From contig OZ218965.1 in assembly GCA_965112735.1 (NCBI GenBank), forward strand, positions 868,001-932,000: a DNA stretch of 64,000 nucleotides, written 5' to 3'. The stretch is from Phaeosaccion multiseriatum. Its lineage: Eukaryota; Protista; Ochrophyta, other classes. How positions within the stretch are numbered: the first letter of the stretch is position 1; the number at the start of each line of letters is the position of its first letter. The translations under genes were made by a program, and so were the position numbers. The notes under the pieces were generated by a model. The model searched no databases, had not been told where the DNA came from, and saw only the letters and a program-made list of their open reading frames with translations. This document shows, in pieces, positions 32,545 to 45,000 of this stretch.

Positions 32545-33694
32545 GGGGGGGGAGGGGAATTGTAATTCAGAGTCACAGTTTGGCTGCATAATTTCAGTTC
32601 AAATTTCCTTTCCCATTTACTTTTCCCTACACCCTACAACTGTAGGGGCAATATGCGTAGTAGCGCGCACGATGGAAGGGCGGCTGCCGGGAAGGTGGTG
32701 ACGCCAGGAGCCAGGAGGGGGCAGGGTGCTGCTGTTTTCCGGGAGGAAATGACGCAGAAACAACTGGAGGAGCGAAGCCATCAGGGGCCCCACCGCGTGT
32801 ATCCAAACCCAGCCATACCCCCCCCCCTCCAGGTGCCCCCCGGTTATGTCCCACCTCGCTCCCCTCCAACTTGTTTGTTGGACCGCTCCTTCCCAACCTC
32901 GACCTACCCACCTGCTGCCGCCATAGAGCTACCTTCTCCGGCGGCGGGTGCGTCCACCCTAACCCGCCAATCCATCTATCCATACTCAGAAAGGTACGAT
33001 ATCTCATCCAGGGGGGGGAGCGGCGGGACGGAAACCCAAGGGATGGAAGCCTGCCTGAGCTGGTACGATCCTCTTCAGCCGTCCTCCTCGTTGTTCCTTC
33101 CCTTCGTAGAGGTCAGATCTTCAGATCTTCCATCGCGGCCACTCCCTTTTGCTCCGAGGACAACAAGGCACTACGGCGCGCCTCTCCGTTTCTCCTTATG
33201 ACGGAGTTAGTCCCTCCCACCAACAGGCAGAGCGGGAGTCCCACCCCTCTTCCTCCCCATCCTCGCCTTGGCCACGTAACAACCGGTACTGCCTCACCTC
33301 ACCTCACCCCGCCCTCCACGTGGCCGCCGGTCTGTGTGCCCGTCTAGTGTAGCCGAGGGAGGGAGAGAAGGCCAAGGGGGAGGGGGAGACTCGAGGAAGG
33401 AAAGGGGGGCTCTGCCGCTCCCTCCCTAGTCCTCCCCAGTGATGCCTCCTCAAGAGGGCCGCCTTAGCGGCCAGTACGCCGGGTCAGAGAGCAAGGGCAA
33501 GAGGAGGAGAAGAAGAGACTGGGTAACAGAGGCTCTTCCTTCTCCCCAGCGAGCCATCCCATACGTCAGGAGGAGCTTGGACCCCTCGCTCACGACTCGC
33601 TTCTGCTCTAGGGGGGGGGAGGGGCTCCGTGCCTTCGTGCCTGCTCACTACTCAGGAGGAGAAACAGGGAAGCAGCGCTGCCCCTTGACCTCCA

Positions 33695-36214
33695 TCACAG
33701 CCTATCCACGAGACCCACAAGTTCGCTCATGCCTCCGTCGCCGTAGCCTCGCCCCCCGCCTCCTCCTCCTCCTCCTCCTCCTCCTCCTCCTCCTCCTCCT
33801 CCTCCTCCTCCTCCTCCTCCTCCTCCTCCTCCTCCTCCTCCTCCTCCTCCTTCGGTCACACTGCTGTGGCGCGACCAGTCGATACCGCCGAAGAAGTCAT
33901 CAACACTTTCCCCCCCATCAATGCCAACCCGGTGGTCGTTGCTGTGCTGCGTGTGCTTGAACAGCGAAACCATCAGCTCCCCGTGGTTGGAGAAGCGAAA
34001 CGCCTTGCGATAGACCATCTCAAACGCGTTTGGAGACAGCAGTGTCCCTCCTCTGCCGCTCCTCTCCTCCGCCACAGCTCTTACGCTCCGGTCCTCTGCC
34101 TCACTACGAATGACCCCCCCTGAACCCACCCCTTGCGACGTGGTCATGAGAATTACGTAAGAGCCCGCCTGAAGCTTCCGCAGTCGCGTCTCCAAAGCCC
34201 CAAGCAGGATGCCCTCATCCAAGCCTTTGAGCCACGTGGCGTCAAAAAAGACCACGTCCCCGTCGATCCAGTCCGCAGACAAGAAGCTGTGCGGCGCAAA
34301 GGTCCATTTCCGCGTCGGCGTGCTGAGTACAGCTCCCGAGGAGCAAGTCGAGGAGGAGGTGGAGGCGCGGGACTCAGCAGGGGTTTGCTTTTGCACTTGT
34401 TCTTCCTTCACCTCGTGGCCCTCCGTCTTCGTCTCCGTCTTCGTCTCATTGTGCAATTGGAATTTGGCCTCGCCGTTGGTGGTGCAGGCACCGTTCCTGC
34501 TCTTCCCCTCTTCTTGGTGCTGCCCGTCGAGCGCCCCATTGTCGTTCTTCTCCTCATTCCTACCCTCCTTCTCCTGCTGCTCCTGCTTCTCCGGCTGGCC
34601 CTTCTCCTCCTCTTCCTCCTCTAGGCTGGCTTTGGTGGCCCTCCTGCAAGTGACGTCAGAGGCAGGGACAAGGGATAAGAAGCCCACGCAATGGACGTCA
34701 ATGCAGTGCCACACTGACCAGATCCCTCGCCCAGCAGATCCACGGACCAGCTCCCCCTCCCCCCCCCCATTGAGCTGTTGGCAGTAATCTTCAAGCGTCA
34801 CCAGGGGCAGACAAGACAACATGGAGGAACCGGCAGAACACCCCAACCCCACCCCCCACACGCTCACGCACACACGCACACACGCACACACGCACACACA
34901 CACACACAATCCATCAGCGAGCAGCACAGCACCTCAGGCCGGTGGAAAATGCCATCTTCGCTCTTGTGCTCTCTAGCCCCACAAGCCTCTGGAAGTCGTG
35001 CAGCAGCGCCGCACATAAGACGGCCCTGCCGCCGCTGCCACTCAGGTCGTAGAATATCTGAGAGGGAGGGAGGGAGGGAGGGGACAGGGAAGGAGGGAGG
35101 GAGGGAGAATGAGAGGCGGGGGAGCCGTCCCTGCCCGGAAACGGAAGCCCTCTCGTCTACTTTTGTGTCCTTCTCTTCCGATGCCTCCACCTGGCGCTAC
35201 AACACCACCCCACCCCCTCCTGCCCGGGGGGTCGGTCCTCTAACGATCGATACGTAATGTTACGTACCTTGAATCTGAAATCCTGGTGCTCGAGCTCGGC
35301 GATGATGAGGAGCATGGCCCCGAGGCCGATGAAACGCGCCCCGTCCTGTGACGGACAGACATACCGGGAACAGAAACGGAGGAAGGGAAGAGAGGGAAGG
35401 TTGTCAGAGACAAGCAGGCGACGAACTGATGGTAAGAGGAGGAGATGAGAGAGGGGGTGAGTGTCTACCTATCTCCCGCCCGCCCTCCTCGTCCACCGTC
35501 ACACCTCCCCTCCCGTGCCCCCCCACCTCAATTCTCCTCTCCTCCCTCTATAATACACTTATGTCTCTTCTCTCACCGTAACAAGCAAGTCACCTCACCT
35601 CATCGGGGACAATATCCAGGGCGTCCTCTGCGATCTTTTGCTCATCAAGCTCCTCCTGCATCACCTCGACGCCGTCCGGGAGTCGCATGACCCATCCCTC
35701 AATGTCCTCCTCTGCAGTGTACTCCTCTTGGCCATCCTCGTCGTCGTCAGCTTCATCATCCCCCTCTTCGTCGTCGAAGCCCGCGTGTCCACAATCAGCG
35801 CCTCCCTTGCGTCCTCCCTTTGTCCCATCGCCTGATAAGATGCCCTCGGTGCCCTCTTTCCCCTCCCCTTCCCCGAGTAGTCTCCGTCTGTCAGCCTGTC
35901 TGGCCGCCTCTTTCTTGCGCGCGGCGTAGTGCTGCTTCACAATCCGGCGAGCGGGCTTTTGTAGGGCCTTGTACCACCGAAAGCTCCTCGAAGCCTGAGC
36001 AACCAAATGAAACCGTCGTGAACAGTGTAGAGCAGAGTCTGTGAGAGGGGAAGAGGGGGACGGGAAAGGAGGGGAAGTTGCTCCCACAAGGGCACCGACA
36101 GGCTCCATTTCTAGCCCGGGGGGCTGCCAAGCACCCGCGCACCTTGACGTTCTGGTAGAAGTCCGTCTCGGGCAAGCCTCGCATGCCCCCCAAGAAGCCT
36201 TCGAGCTTCTCCAT
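33695..36214 (-). CDS. Class I SAM-dependent methyltransferase, DOT1-like (multi-exon)
   Basis: Starts MEKLEGFLGG...QNVK|GT. Motif I-like GCSAGSSML. HSFLSADWIDGDVVFFDATW...LETRLRKLQAGSYVILMTT resembles the 'FLxxDWxDADVVF...LKxGSxVI' pattern of protist DOT1-like proteins. Middle exons are uncertain. Confidence 0.6.
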
Positions 36215-36341
36215 GCTGCTTCACCCTTTTCTCTCCATCATTTCAGGCGAGGCGTTTTTGGGTGAGGGAGGACGGGCTCTCTTTGCTCCTTTTAGTCATC
36301 ATGCCCTCTGAGGAGAGTCTTGGAGGGAGGATAACGAAATA

Positions 36342-36382
36342 TACACCCTGAAGTGCCATCTATGATTGTCTAAGAGTAATGA
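36342..36382. promoter_or_regulatory. Second copy of the 41-bp element, upstream of the DOT1-like gene
   Basis: tacaccctgaagtgccatctatgattgtctaagagtaatga; same orientation relative to the downstream minus-strand gene as the first copy. Confidence 0.4.
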
Positions 36383-36412
36383 CGCAAACAGCCCTCGCAT
36401 AAGCCCTCATGT

Positions 36413-36937
36413 TCGGCCCCGTGCACGCCTAGCGGCCTAGGCCTATTTTGGAAAATTGCCCGGCCTAGCGAGGGCCGTAGGCCCTCGGCCTATTTATAGG
36501 CCGCCTAGGCGGCGGCCTAGGCGGGGGCCGGAGGCCCGCGGCCTAGGGCAGACGCCAACTAGGCGCAGGTCCAGGGCGGGAATATGCTCATCTGCCCCTG
36601 GGCTGGCCCGGAACCCGCCCAAGTGTCGTCAGTTTTAAGCAAATGTATTGCATGGGATAAGTGAGGAGTAGACTTGGTTCGTGTTGCCTCTTTCCGCCTC
36701 GCTGGCCCTACGAGGAGTGCAGGCCTACAGGTGTGCTGCTACCCACTGGCTGGGCGGCACCACGCACGCGCCCACGGTCACTGGGAGGCTGCCTAGAGGC
36801 GGGCTATGGTGGGCCGCCTAGGGCTGAAAAGTGAGCGGCCTAGAGCGGCCGGAGGCCGCCGGCCTTGGCCTATTTCGGCCGAAGGCCGAGCGGCCGAGCG
36901 GCCTAGAGCCTTGGCCGCTAGGCGTGCACGGGGCCGA
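36413..36937. mobile_element. MITE (525 bp) with ~30-bp TIR, 6-bp TSD TCATGT and subterminal GCCTAG motifs
   Basis: Left end tcggccccgtgcacgcctagcggcctaggc; right end gccttggccgctaggcgtgcacggggccga. TCATGT at 36407-36412 and 36938-36943. Confidence 0.9.
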
Positions 36938-36943
36938 TCATGT

Positions 36944-37290
36944 CCAGGCAGATGTTCGTGCCCCCCAGCAGCCATGTGGGTGGCGAGTGTTTTGATAAAC
37001 ATCTGTGCTGACGGACCAAATGTCCCTTGCTGCTCCATCCCAAAAGGGACGAGATGATACCTCGTGGGGTCATAGTGAATGTCTCCATCCTGGCCCTCCA
37101 TGCCTCCATGTGGCACACCATAGGCAGCTACCTGAATACCTGGTGCGCTTGGCTGGTTGCTTCAGCCTTCTTGGCTGCCGCGAGTGCCTCCTTCGATGCC
37201 TTGGCCCGATTGGTAATGTTGGTGGCATCCGTGAGCGTGACGTCGATCATGAGGGACTTGTGGCCGTCCCCATATTCATGGTCGGATGGT
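36944..37290 (-). pseudogene. Decayed C-terminal restriction-like endonuclease fragment of an early-branching (CRE-like) non-LTR retrotransposon
   Basis: Frameshifted segments LMIDVTLTD...AAAKKAEA / KRTRY / LVPFGMEQQGTFGPSAQMFIKTLA match the DVT...AE..K..(K/R)Y...P...E..G..G..A pattern. The MITE interrupts its 3' side. Confidence 0.65.
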
Positions 37291-37636
37291 GGAAGCTCAA
37301 ACAGAGAGAGAAGAGAATAGAAGGATTATCACGGTTATGCCCATATGCTTACAAATAAACGCATGGGCATCAGTTGTGCAAGATCCAAAAAAAAGGAAGG
37401 CCAAAATTTTGGGACGTTCGCGAAGAGAGGCCGGAGCAGTTGACGAGCAGCTCATCACCAACCAGTGGACGAGTTGGAGAAGTTGTCGAGGCAGGTCAAG
37501 GACGGGGCGTTCCCATACCGTGCCACAGCTCAACTTGTGCCCGCACTTGGCTGGTACTGGTGGTCACAAGCAAAGTATCGAGAGGCAGAGAAAGGGAAGA
37601 GAGGAGAGACAAGGGGGTGGTCACAGGAGGGCGTGC

Positions 37637-40600
37637 ATGTTCTCTGGCGGTATGATTTCCTCGCTGCTTCTGCTGCCCTTGGCAGCGTTGCTTTGCCTCC
37701 CTTGCCAGATCGCAGGGCAGGCCGAGTGCCAGCTGGGGGGTGCCTACTACTTTGGAGGGGAGAACCGGGACGATGCCATCGGATGGAGTCTGACAACCAA
37801 GGTAGGCGCACAGAGCCACAGGATGCAGGCAAACTTGGGGTTCACTGGCAGCTCGGGTTTTTCGTTTTTCGTTTCCCTGACTTCTCCCTTCCATCCACCA
37901 TCTCTGTTGTCTCCCTCAGGACTACTACGATGGCGCGGCCCCAGGTGGTAAGTCCCTTGCTCGGTTTGGGGTGTGTGTCTGCGTTGGTTGTTCGCCACAG
38001 TCTGCACCCAAACGGACGAAACGCCCATGCCTTCAACTTGTCTCTTCGCTCTTGTTCCCTCTCTCGCCTGCTGCTCTGCCTCGACTCATGCAGTGCCCCG
38101 ATGGTACGCCAAGCTGCAGTTGGCCGACACGGACCTCTGGCAGCGGAACCCTTACATCAGGTCCGTCTTCTTCGAGCGATACGATCCCGCCCTCAACTCC
38201 TGGTTACCGCTCTTCTCCTGGATGGGGGACTACGCAGTCAGAGACACCACCTTCCCCAGCGTCCCGCTAACCTTTGACGGAAGAACCAACCCGGGAGAGA
38301 TCCCAGATAACGACTTGATCGAGGGGAGCAACTCGGAACTCACATGGCGGGTCACCTTCCGCGGCGGATCATGCCCGCCGGGAACTACTTCGGTGCGTGA
38401 AGTAGGCAGGCAGGCAGGGAACTGGTTTGGGAGAGCTCTCCCTCTCTCTCTCCTCCCCCACCCCCACCTCATTTTGTCTCTCTCTCTCTGCCTGCCTCCC
38501 ACATGCTGAGGTTTGGGCGGACCGTTTTACCCAGCACATCCTCTCCTTTTTCCCCGCCCCATCAGAAATACGCCTCCCACCTCACAGTCTCGCGGCCTCA
38601 CCCCCCACCCCCCCCCCCTCCCCCTCTCTCTCCCTTCCCCTCTCCTCATCCTATGCATGTACTGTGGTCTGCGCTGCACCACCCCAGCCTGTGACCATGC
38701 CTCACTACGGCTTCACAGAGGGAGGGGTCGAGCACAGGGCGGTGGCAAGCGGTCTCTACCCGCCTCGCACTATGCCGGACTCTTTCCATTTTGCCGGAGC
38801 TCAGGACAATTCCCTGTGTGCCCCAGGGGGAATCTACGCCACCACTGCGAGCCAGGGACCAGATGGTGAGTGAGGGAGTGAATGAGGGAGAGAGAGAGAG
38901 TGCGTGAGGGAGAGAGAGTGCGTGAGTCATCCAGCCGTGGTGAGATGAAAGACAACACGATACTGACACACGAGCCTCCGCTACTCTCCTCCCCCCCCCC
39001 CCTTCCCGCCCCTCGCTCTTGGTCCGCCCGTGTACAGAGTGGATGGATTACATGAGGGCCACCAAGCTGCCGGATTGCCGCTGGCAGATCGACTTGAACC
39101 TGAAGGGGGACATTGTGAACCATCCTTACATGGAGTTCATCAGCATGCGATTTGCTCTGACAAATGGGGTCGAGTCGACTCGCCTACTTCTCCACTTCCC
39201 TGGTCAGTCCCTCAAGACCATCATCACGGAACGTGTGCCCTGTGACGTGGAGCATATGAACGTGCGCCTTCTCATCTTCTTCGACGAGCTCGACTCCACC
39301 TCTCTCATCAACGCCGACAACAGCTGCGGCGAGGGCCTTCCGCCGGTGATTCCCAACTTCTGTATCGGCGATGGCGTGCAGTACTCCGGGGCAGACTTCT
39401 TGGACGCGACAAGTGCGGAGTGTGAGAGTGGGCTGGGCTCGGATGGTGTGGAGGGCGTCGCTCCCACGCCCACGCCCACTCCCCCACCAGTAACCAGCGT
39501 CACCACTCCGGGGAGCGGTTACCAAGATGCTTGTGTCTGTAACGGCTTCGTGGGGCCCGTCAAGCAGCAGGTGTGTGGCAATGAGGAAGGGGGAAAGGCG
39601 GAAGATAAGCCTTACGTAATTATTGCTAAGGTGGTTTGTATATTGTCTCATGGCGAAGAGAGGGGAAGCGCCATCCTCTCTGCTGCCCGGACAGTGTGCA
39701 GAGAGAAGCTCAGCAGAGAGAGAGAGAGAGAGCGCTCGCGAGAACCAACCCCTTCACTGCGACTTACTTACTCCACCTCGCCGCCCCCCGCCCCCCCCCC
39801 TCCTCCTCCTCCTCCTCCTCCTCCTCCTCCTCCTCCGCCCCTCCTATCTCCTCAGTGCTTCGAAGACCCTGCTTGCGCCACCGGCGGCCTGGGCTGCTTC
39901 GGGGACAGCAACGGCCTCGACTGCCGCTTCTGTGGATGGGGCCCCTTCCCAGACTGCCCTGGATCCGCCACTGTCCAGCCCACCGCTGCGCCACGCACTG
40001 CCATACCCACTCCCACCCCTGCTGTAGTCACTCTCCAACCCTCCTCGAACCCCCCCGATGAGATTGGCACCGCACCAACGGGGCCACCTACGGCACCACC
40101 AACAGCAGCTCCGTCCGCGACGCCACCACCAACACGTACACCAACGCCTGCTCCTGTTGTGCCCGATGCGGGTGGTGCCCAGTGCCAGTGTAACGGCAGA
40201 CTCCCCAACGGCCAATCCGAGCAGGTATGTTGGTGATGGTGTGCAGTGAGGCCTTGCTGTAGCGCATCACCTTTGACACGCACTAGCAAGCGCTTGTGTG
40301 CTTGCGGAGTCCTCTCCGCCCACCCCCCCTCTCCAGCTCTTCCTCCCCGCCTCTTGGTTAACGAACGCCCCCACCCGCCCCCCCCCGCTGTTCTCTCGTG
40401 CTGTCGACTCTCCCCTCTCTCCTCTTCCCTCCACAGTGCTACGCTGACCCCTCTTGCGGAGTTTCGGGGAGCCAACTTGGGTGCTACACCGACCCCAACA
40501 GCGTCGCGTGTCGCTTCTGCGGTTGGGGGCCCTTCGTTGACTGCCCTCAGTCTTCAACCACCCCACCCACCGCTGCTCCACCAACAGCAGCACCAGTGGC

Positions 40601-41194
40601 AGCGCCAACAGCCGCACCAGTGGCAGCACCAACAGCGGCACCAGTAGCAGCGCCAACAGCAGCACCAGTAGCAGCACCAACAGCAGCACCAGTGGCAGCG
40701 CCAACAGCGGCACCAGTAGCAGCACCAACAGCGGCACCAGTAGCAGCGCCAACAGCGGCACCAGTAGCAGCGCCAACAGCGGCACCAGTGGCAGCGCCAA
40801 CAGCAGCACCAGTGGCAGCACCAACAGCGGCACCAGTAGCAGCACCAACAGCGGCACCAACAGCACCACCAACAGCAGCTCCAGTGGCGTCCGGCACCCC
40901 CTGCCTGTGCGAGGGCAGACTGCCCAACGGGGAGAAAGAACAGGTAAGGCCTGTGTTGCTTCACTGAGTGCTTGCTGTACTTGTACTGCTGTTGCTGCTG
41001 CTGCTGCTACTATATCTATTCCTTATTCTAAAGAGCATCTCCCTTCCCTCCATTGCTCCCTCGTCGTTCCCCCTTCATTCCTCTCGCAGTGCTATGCCGA
41101 CCCCACTTGCCCCGGGTTGGGTTGCTACACGGACTCAAACAACACCGTCTGTCGCTTCTGCGGTTACGGCCCCTTCGTCGAGTGCCCACAGTAG
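37637..41194 (+). CDS. Secreted protein with unknown N-terminal domain, three Cys-rich 'LGC...CRFCGxGPFxxCP' repeats and Pro/Thr/Ala mucin-like linkers (8 exons)
   Basis: Signal peptide MISSLLLLPLAALLCLPCQIAG. Phase-compatible exons 37637-37801, 37920-37947, 38094-38392, 38688-38865, 39038-39570, 39856-40224, 40437-40943 and 41090-41194. (AAPVAAPT)n at ~40590-40885. Confidence 0.88.
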
Positions 41195-41704
41195 GGCACG
41201 GAGCACCAACGGTACGGGATGGCAGCGGATGGCAGCGGTTATAACAGCGCCTCTCAAGGCCAGGGGATGGCAGCTTAGTAGTACGTAGCGCCTCCCGAGG
41301 CCAGAGGGGGGCGCGGATGGTTGGGCAGGCGGCTGAGCCGCTGAGCCGTCTTTTTGCGATAGAAAGCAATTCGGTACCGATCTCTTGCTGATTGGTACCA
41401 TCTCAATTTTTTTGTTTCCGTGCGACCTTGCGTCGTGCGGATCGGTGATATACATATATACATATTATAGAGGATGGAGTGAGAGACAGTGGCCTTGTGC
41501 CGCCTCTCTTGCGTCATCCCATGCACATACGAGAAGATTTTTGTATCATAATTTTACATTTCTATTTTTTTTTTGAAATTTTAATTTGAACGCATGAATG
41601 AATGGGTTGATTTAATTTTTTATTTGTTTTAATTGAGTGGGTTGAGTGGGTTTCCCAGTGGGCTCTAACACAGCCCTTAAGTGCTGCGAGTCTGCCTGCC
41701 TCAC

Positions 41705-41780
41705 TGACTGACTGACTGACTGACTGACTGACTGACTGACTGACTGACTGACTGACTGACTGACTGACTGACTGACTGAC
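41705..41780. repeat. (TGAC)n microsatellite
   Basis: Direct reading of the sequence. Confidence 0.95.
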
Positions 41781-41810
41781 AAGACTAACTGGTTATTCTG
41801 ATTTCTCCCA

Positions 41811-41908
41811 GTAATCAGGCCTGGCGCCGGCCGTAATCAATAATCAGGTTGGCTCGCACCAACCATAACCAATAATCCGGCCGGCGCCCCCCCCCCCCCC
41901 CAAGCCGA
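41811..41908 (-). mobile_element. Truncated relative of the 17539-17793 MITE
   Basis: Reverse complement reads tcggcttggggg...gattattgattacggccggcgccaggcctgattac, with the same internal repeat motif and a similar TCGGC end. The other terminus is missing. Confidence 0.5.
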
Positions 41909-42081
41909 TGGAAGACTGACTGAGTGACGGGCACCTCTCCCGCGGGCCTTGCCCACCCCCCGCATTTCCTTTCTCCCACCTTTCTTCTTGCTGCCCGAGC
42001 GTATAGCGAAAGCGCCACCTCCTTGCTGCTTGCCTTGTATTCACTAGTTCCATCCCCAGGGCAGAGGCAGGCAGGGAGACA

Positions 42082-45000
42082 TCACAACACTGACACCGAC
42101 CCCTCTGATGGCAAGCTCAACCCTGCGCCTAAGCCTGAGCCGGAGCCGGAGCCGGAGGTGATATCATCTTGTTCTTCCAAGTGGGAGGAATGATCATCCC
42201 CCCCACCCATCTCCAGCAAACGTAGGGCGTTATTCCGCCCGTCCTCCCTCGCGTGGCTGAGGGCAATCATCTTTGCGTCCCTCCGCCTCAGTCGTTCCAC
42301 CATCTCTCCCACCCCACTCGCTCCCACCACATGCCATGCTACCCACGCTCGGAAACCAAACAACACACGCCGGGGCAGGGGCCAGGAGGCACGAATCGCT
42401 CTCTGCAGCAGTTGTACATCCGAAACCGTCAAACCAGAGTCGTCGCCAACGTGGTCCACCATCCGGGCATCGATGGTAATGACTTGCGGCCTCTTCTCCT
42501 CCTTGCGGATCGCTCTCTGCGCGGCTCTCTCCCTCTGTCTGCTCCTCCGGGCATCTTTTCTTTGCCTTGCCCTCTCCTCCACAGCACGCTCGTCCACTGT
42601 CACCCCCCTCCTCCCTAAGAACCTCAGCAGCCGTGCTCGTCCCCTCCCCACGGAACTCCGAAGGCCTCGCCGCATGCGCCTCCCGCGCTTCTTCAGAGCA
42701 GCCTTTACTCCTCTCCCCTCCTTCTGCCCTCGGTCTCCCTCCTGCTCCTGCTGTACCACCAACTGCTTCACCTTCAGCCCATCCCCCGCCCTGGCCAGTG
42801 TGCGCTGCGATATACCACCTCGACTTAGTAAGTAGGGCACCTCGAATCTGTCCAGCTCCAACAAGTCGTCCTGATCAAAGAGGTGAAAGCACTGAGCTAT
42901 GCGCTTCCCCACCGCGTCATTTGCTGCCATCCGTTCATATCGATCTCTCTGCTCCATCTCCATCGCCTGGGCCTCCTCTCGCTCCTCTCGCGCCGTTTCC
43001 TCGGCCTCTCGCTCCGCCCATTTCCTGACCCCCTCGCCCTCTCCTCCTCTCCCCCCCTCTCCCTCTCCCTCTCCCGCGGCGACAGCAGCAGCAGCAGCAG
43101 CAGCGGCGGCGGCTGCAGCTGCAGTCCCGACCCCCTCAGCGTCCTCCCTCTCCCTCTCCCTCTTTCTTCGACTCCGCTCGCGCCTCCTCCTCCTCGCCCA
43201 CCTCCTTGCCCCTGGCCATCCACGCCTTACAGAAAGCCAGGTCAGCCTTTTACGCTGCTCCTTCCTCCCCTTGCGGCAGCGCTGCTCGATTGTGGCCATC
43301 CTCTGCTTCCCCACCTGGGTCCACCGTTCAGCAGAGGGTGCAGATGTATTCAAGATTCAAGGTTTCAGTTTCAGTTTCCTAATGTGCACAATTTTACGGA
43401 CACGGACCCGGACCCCCCCTTTCCTCCCCACCCGCCCCTTGACATACTACCCACCCTTTTCAACCCACCCACCCCTTGACTTACTCCCACCCACCCACCC
43501 ACCCACCCACCCACCTACCCACTCACCTTTGTTTTGTAGTACTCTGTGGCCTCTCTCTCTGCAAGCTGCTCTGCCTGCCCGAGGACTCTCCTGAGCTTCG
43601 CCTGCCCCACCCTCCCCCCACCACGTAGCCGCACAAGGGGCACCGCGTGGGCGTGTGCGTGTGCGTGGGCGTGCACGTGACCATGGTCCCCTCTTGGCAC
43701 CACCACCCCATCTGGACCCGCGGTCGTCGCCAACGGCGTAGACCCAACATGTGCAGGAGCAGCAGCAGGAGTAGCAGCCGCTGCAGGAGGAACAGTTGGT
43801 GTTACAGCCCCTCGTCCCTCCACCCTCACCCAATGCTCATCATCCTCCTCGCCAAGCTCTCTGGCCACATTGAGTCTCTCAAAGGCCCTTGCCTCCGCCA
43901 TCATGCCATCCACTGCCATCTGACTGAAGAAGGCGGCCTCTGAGCGATGGCAGTGGAGGGGCAGGAGCAGGCGAGCTCCAGTGCCCCCTTCGCAGGCCGC
44001 GTGGAGGACCGTCCGCCGCTTGCGACGCACCCACCACGACCGCATGGCAATTGCTCCGGAGAACCACTTTCCCCACTTGTTGGTGCTGCTGCTGCCGCTG
44101 CCGTTGCTGCTGCCGCTACTGCTGCTTTGCCTCGTTGTCATGCTCCTGTCTTCCTCCTCCTCCTCCTCCTCCTCCTCCTCCTCCTCCTCCTCCTCCTCCT
44201 CCTCCTCCTCGTCCTCGTCCTCCTTCTCCTTCTCCTTCTCCTCCTCCTCTGCGTCGCCTGCTCTCAACCCCTCACCACCTCCCGGCCACCTCCTCCTCCT
44301 CCTCCTCCTCCTCCTCCTTCTCCCCATTCTCGACAGCCATGGCCTCTTTGCCTCTTCCCTCTGCAGCGGGAGTCTCAACGCGGCGGTCAGCGCCCCCCAG
44401 AAGGGTTCGAACTCGACTCTCTTGAGTTGCTTGGCGTCCGTTGCCCTTCCATCGTGACTCAGGACATTGAGCCCGTTGGGGCCAAGGATGGAGTACGGGA
44501 GGCCGGAGGTAAGGGCGGGGTACCCCAGGAACCGAGCAATACGCTGTGGGTAGGGGATGAGGGCAGGAGGAGGGAGGGGGAAGGAGGGAGGGGGGGGGAG
44601 GAGGGAGGAGGAGGGAAAGGCAGAGGGAGAAGGAGACGACGAGGTTGCATCGCTTGAGTGTCAAAGACGGGCCGGGCTGTGTTGGAACACAAGAGAATGA
44701 GACTCTGCCCCCCCCCCTCCTCGCCTCCTCTTACCTGGACCAAATACGGAAGCTCCCCCACGTCTACAGCAGTCTCGCTCGCCACCTCCCGCGGCAAGGC
44801 CATCGTCGGCCCCAAATGCTGATTCCACATCCACCGTACCACAACCTCGAAACGCTCTCTCCCGGGGGGGAAGCGACGCTGAAACGCCGTCAGCTCTCGC
44901 CACTCCTCTCTCAGCGCGTGCTCACACCGCCATTGCTCTCGATTGCCCATGCGTGTACGAGCGAAGGCCTTCACGTCGGCGTAGGCCTCTGCCTCTGCCT

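Noticed and set aside
32653-33700. Possible plus-strand gene between lacZ and the DOT1-like gene
   Set aside because: No consistent exon chain or recognisable domain could be built.
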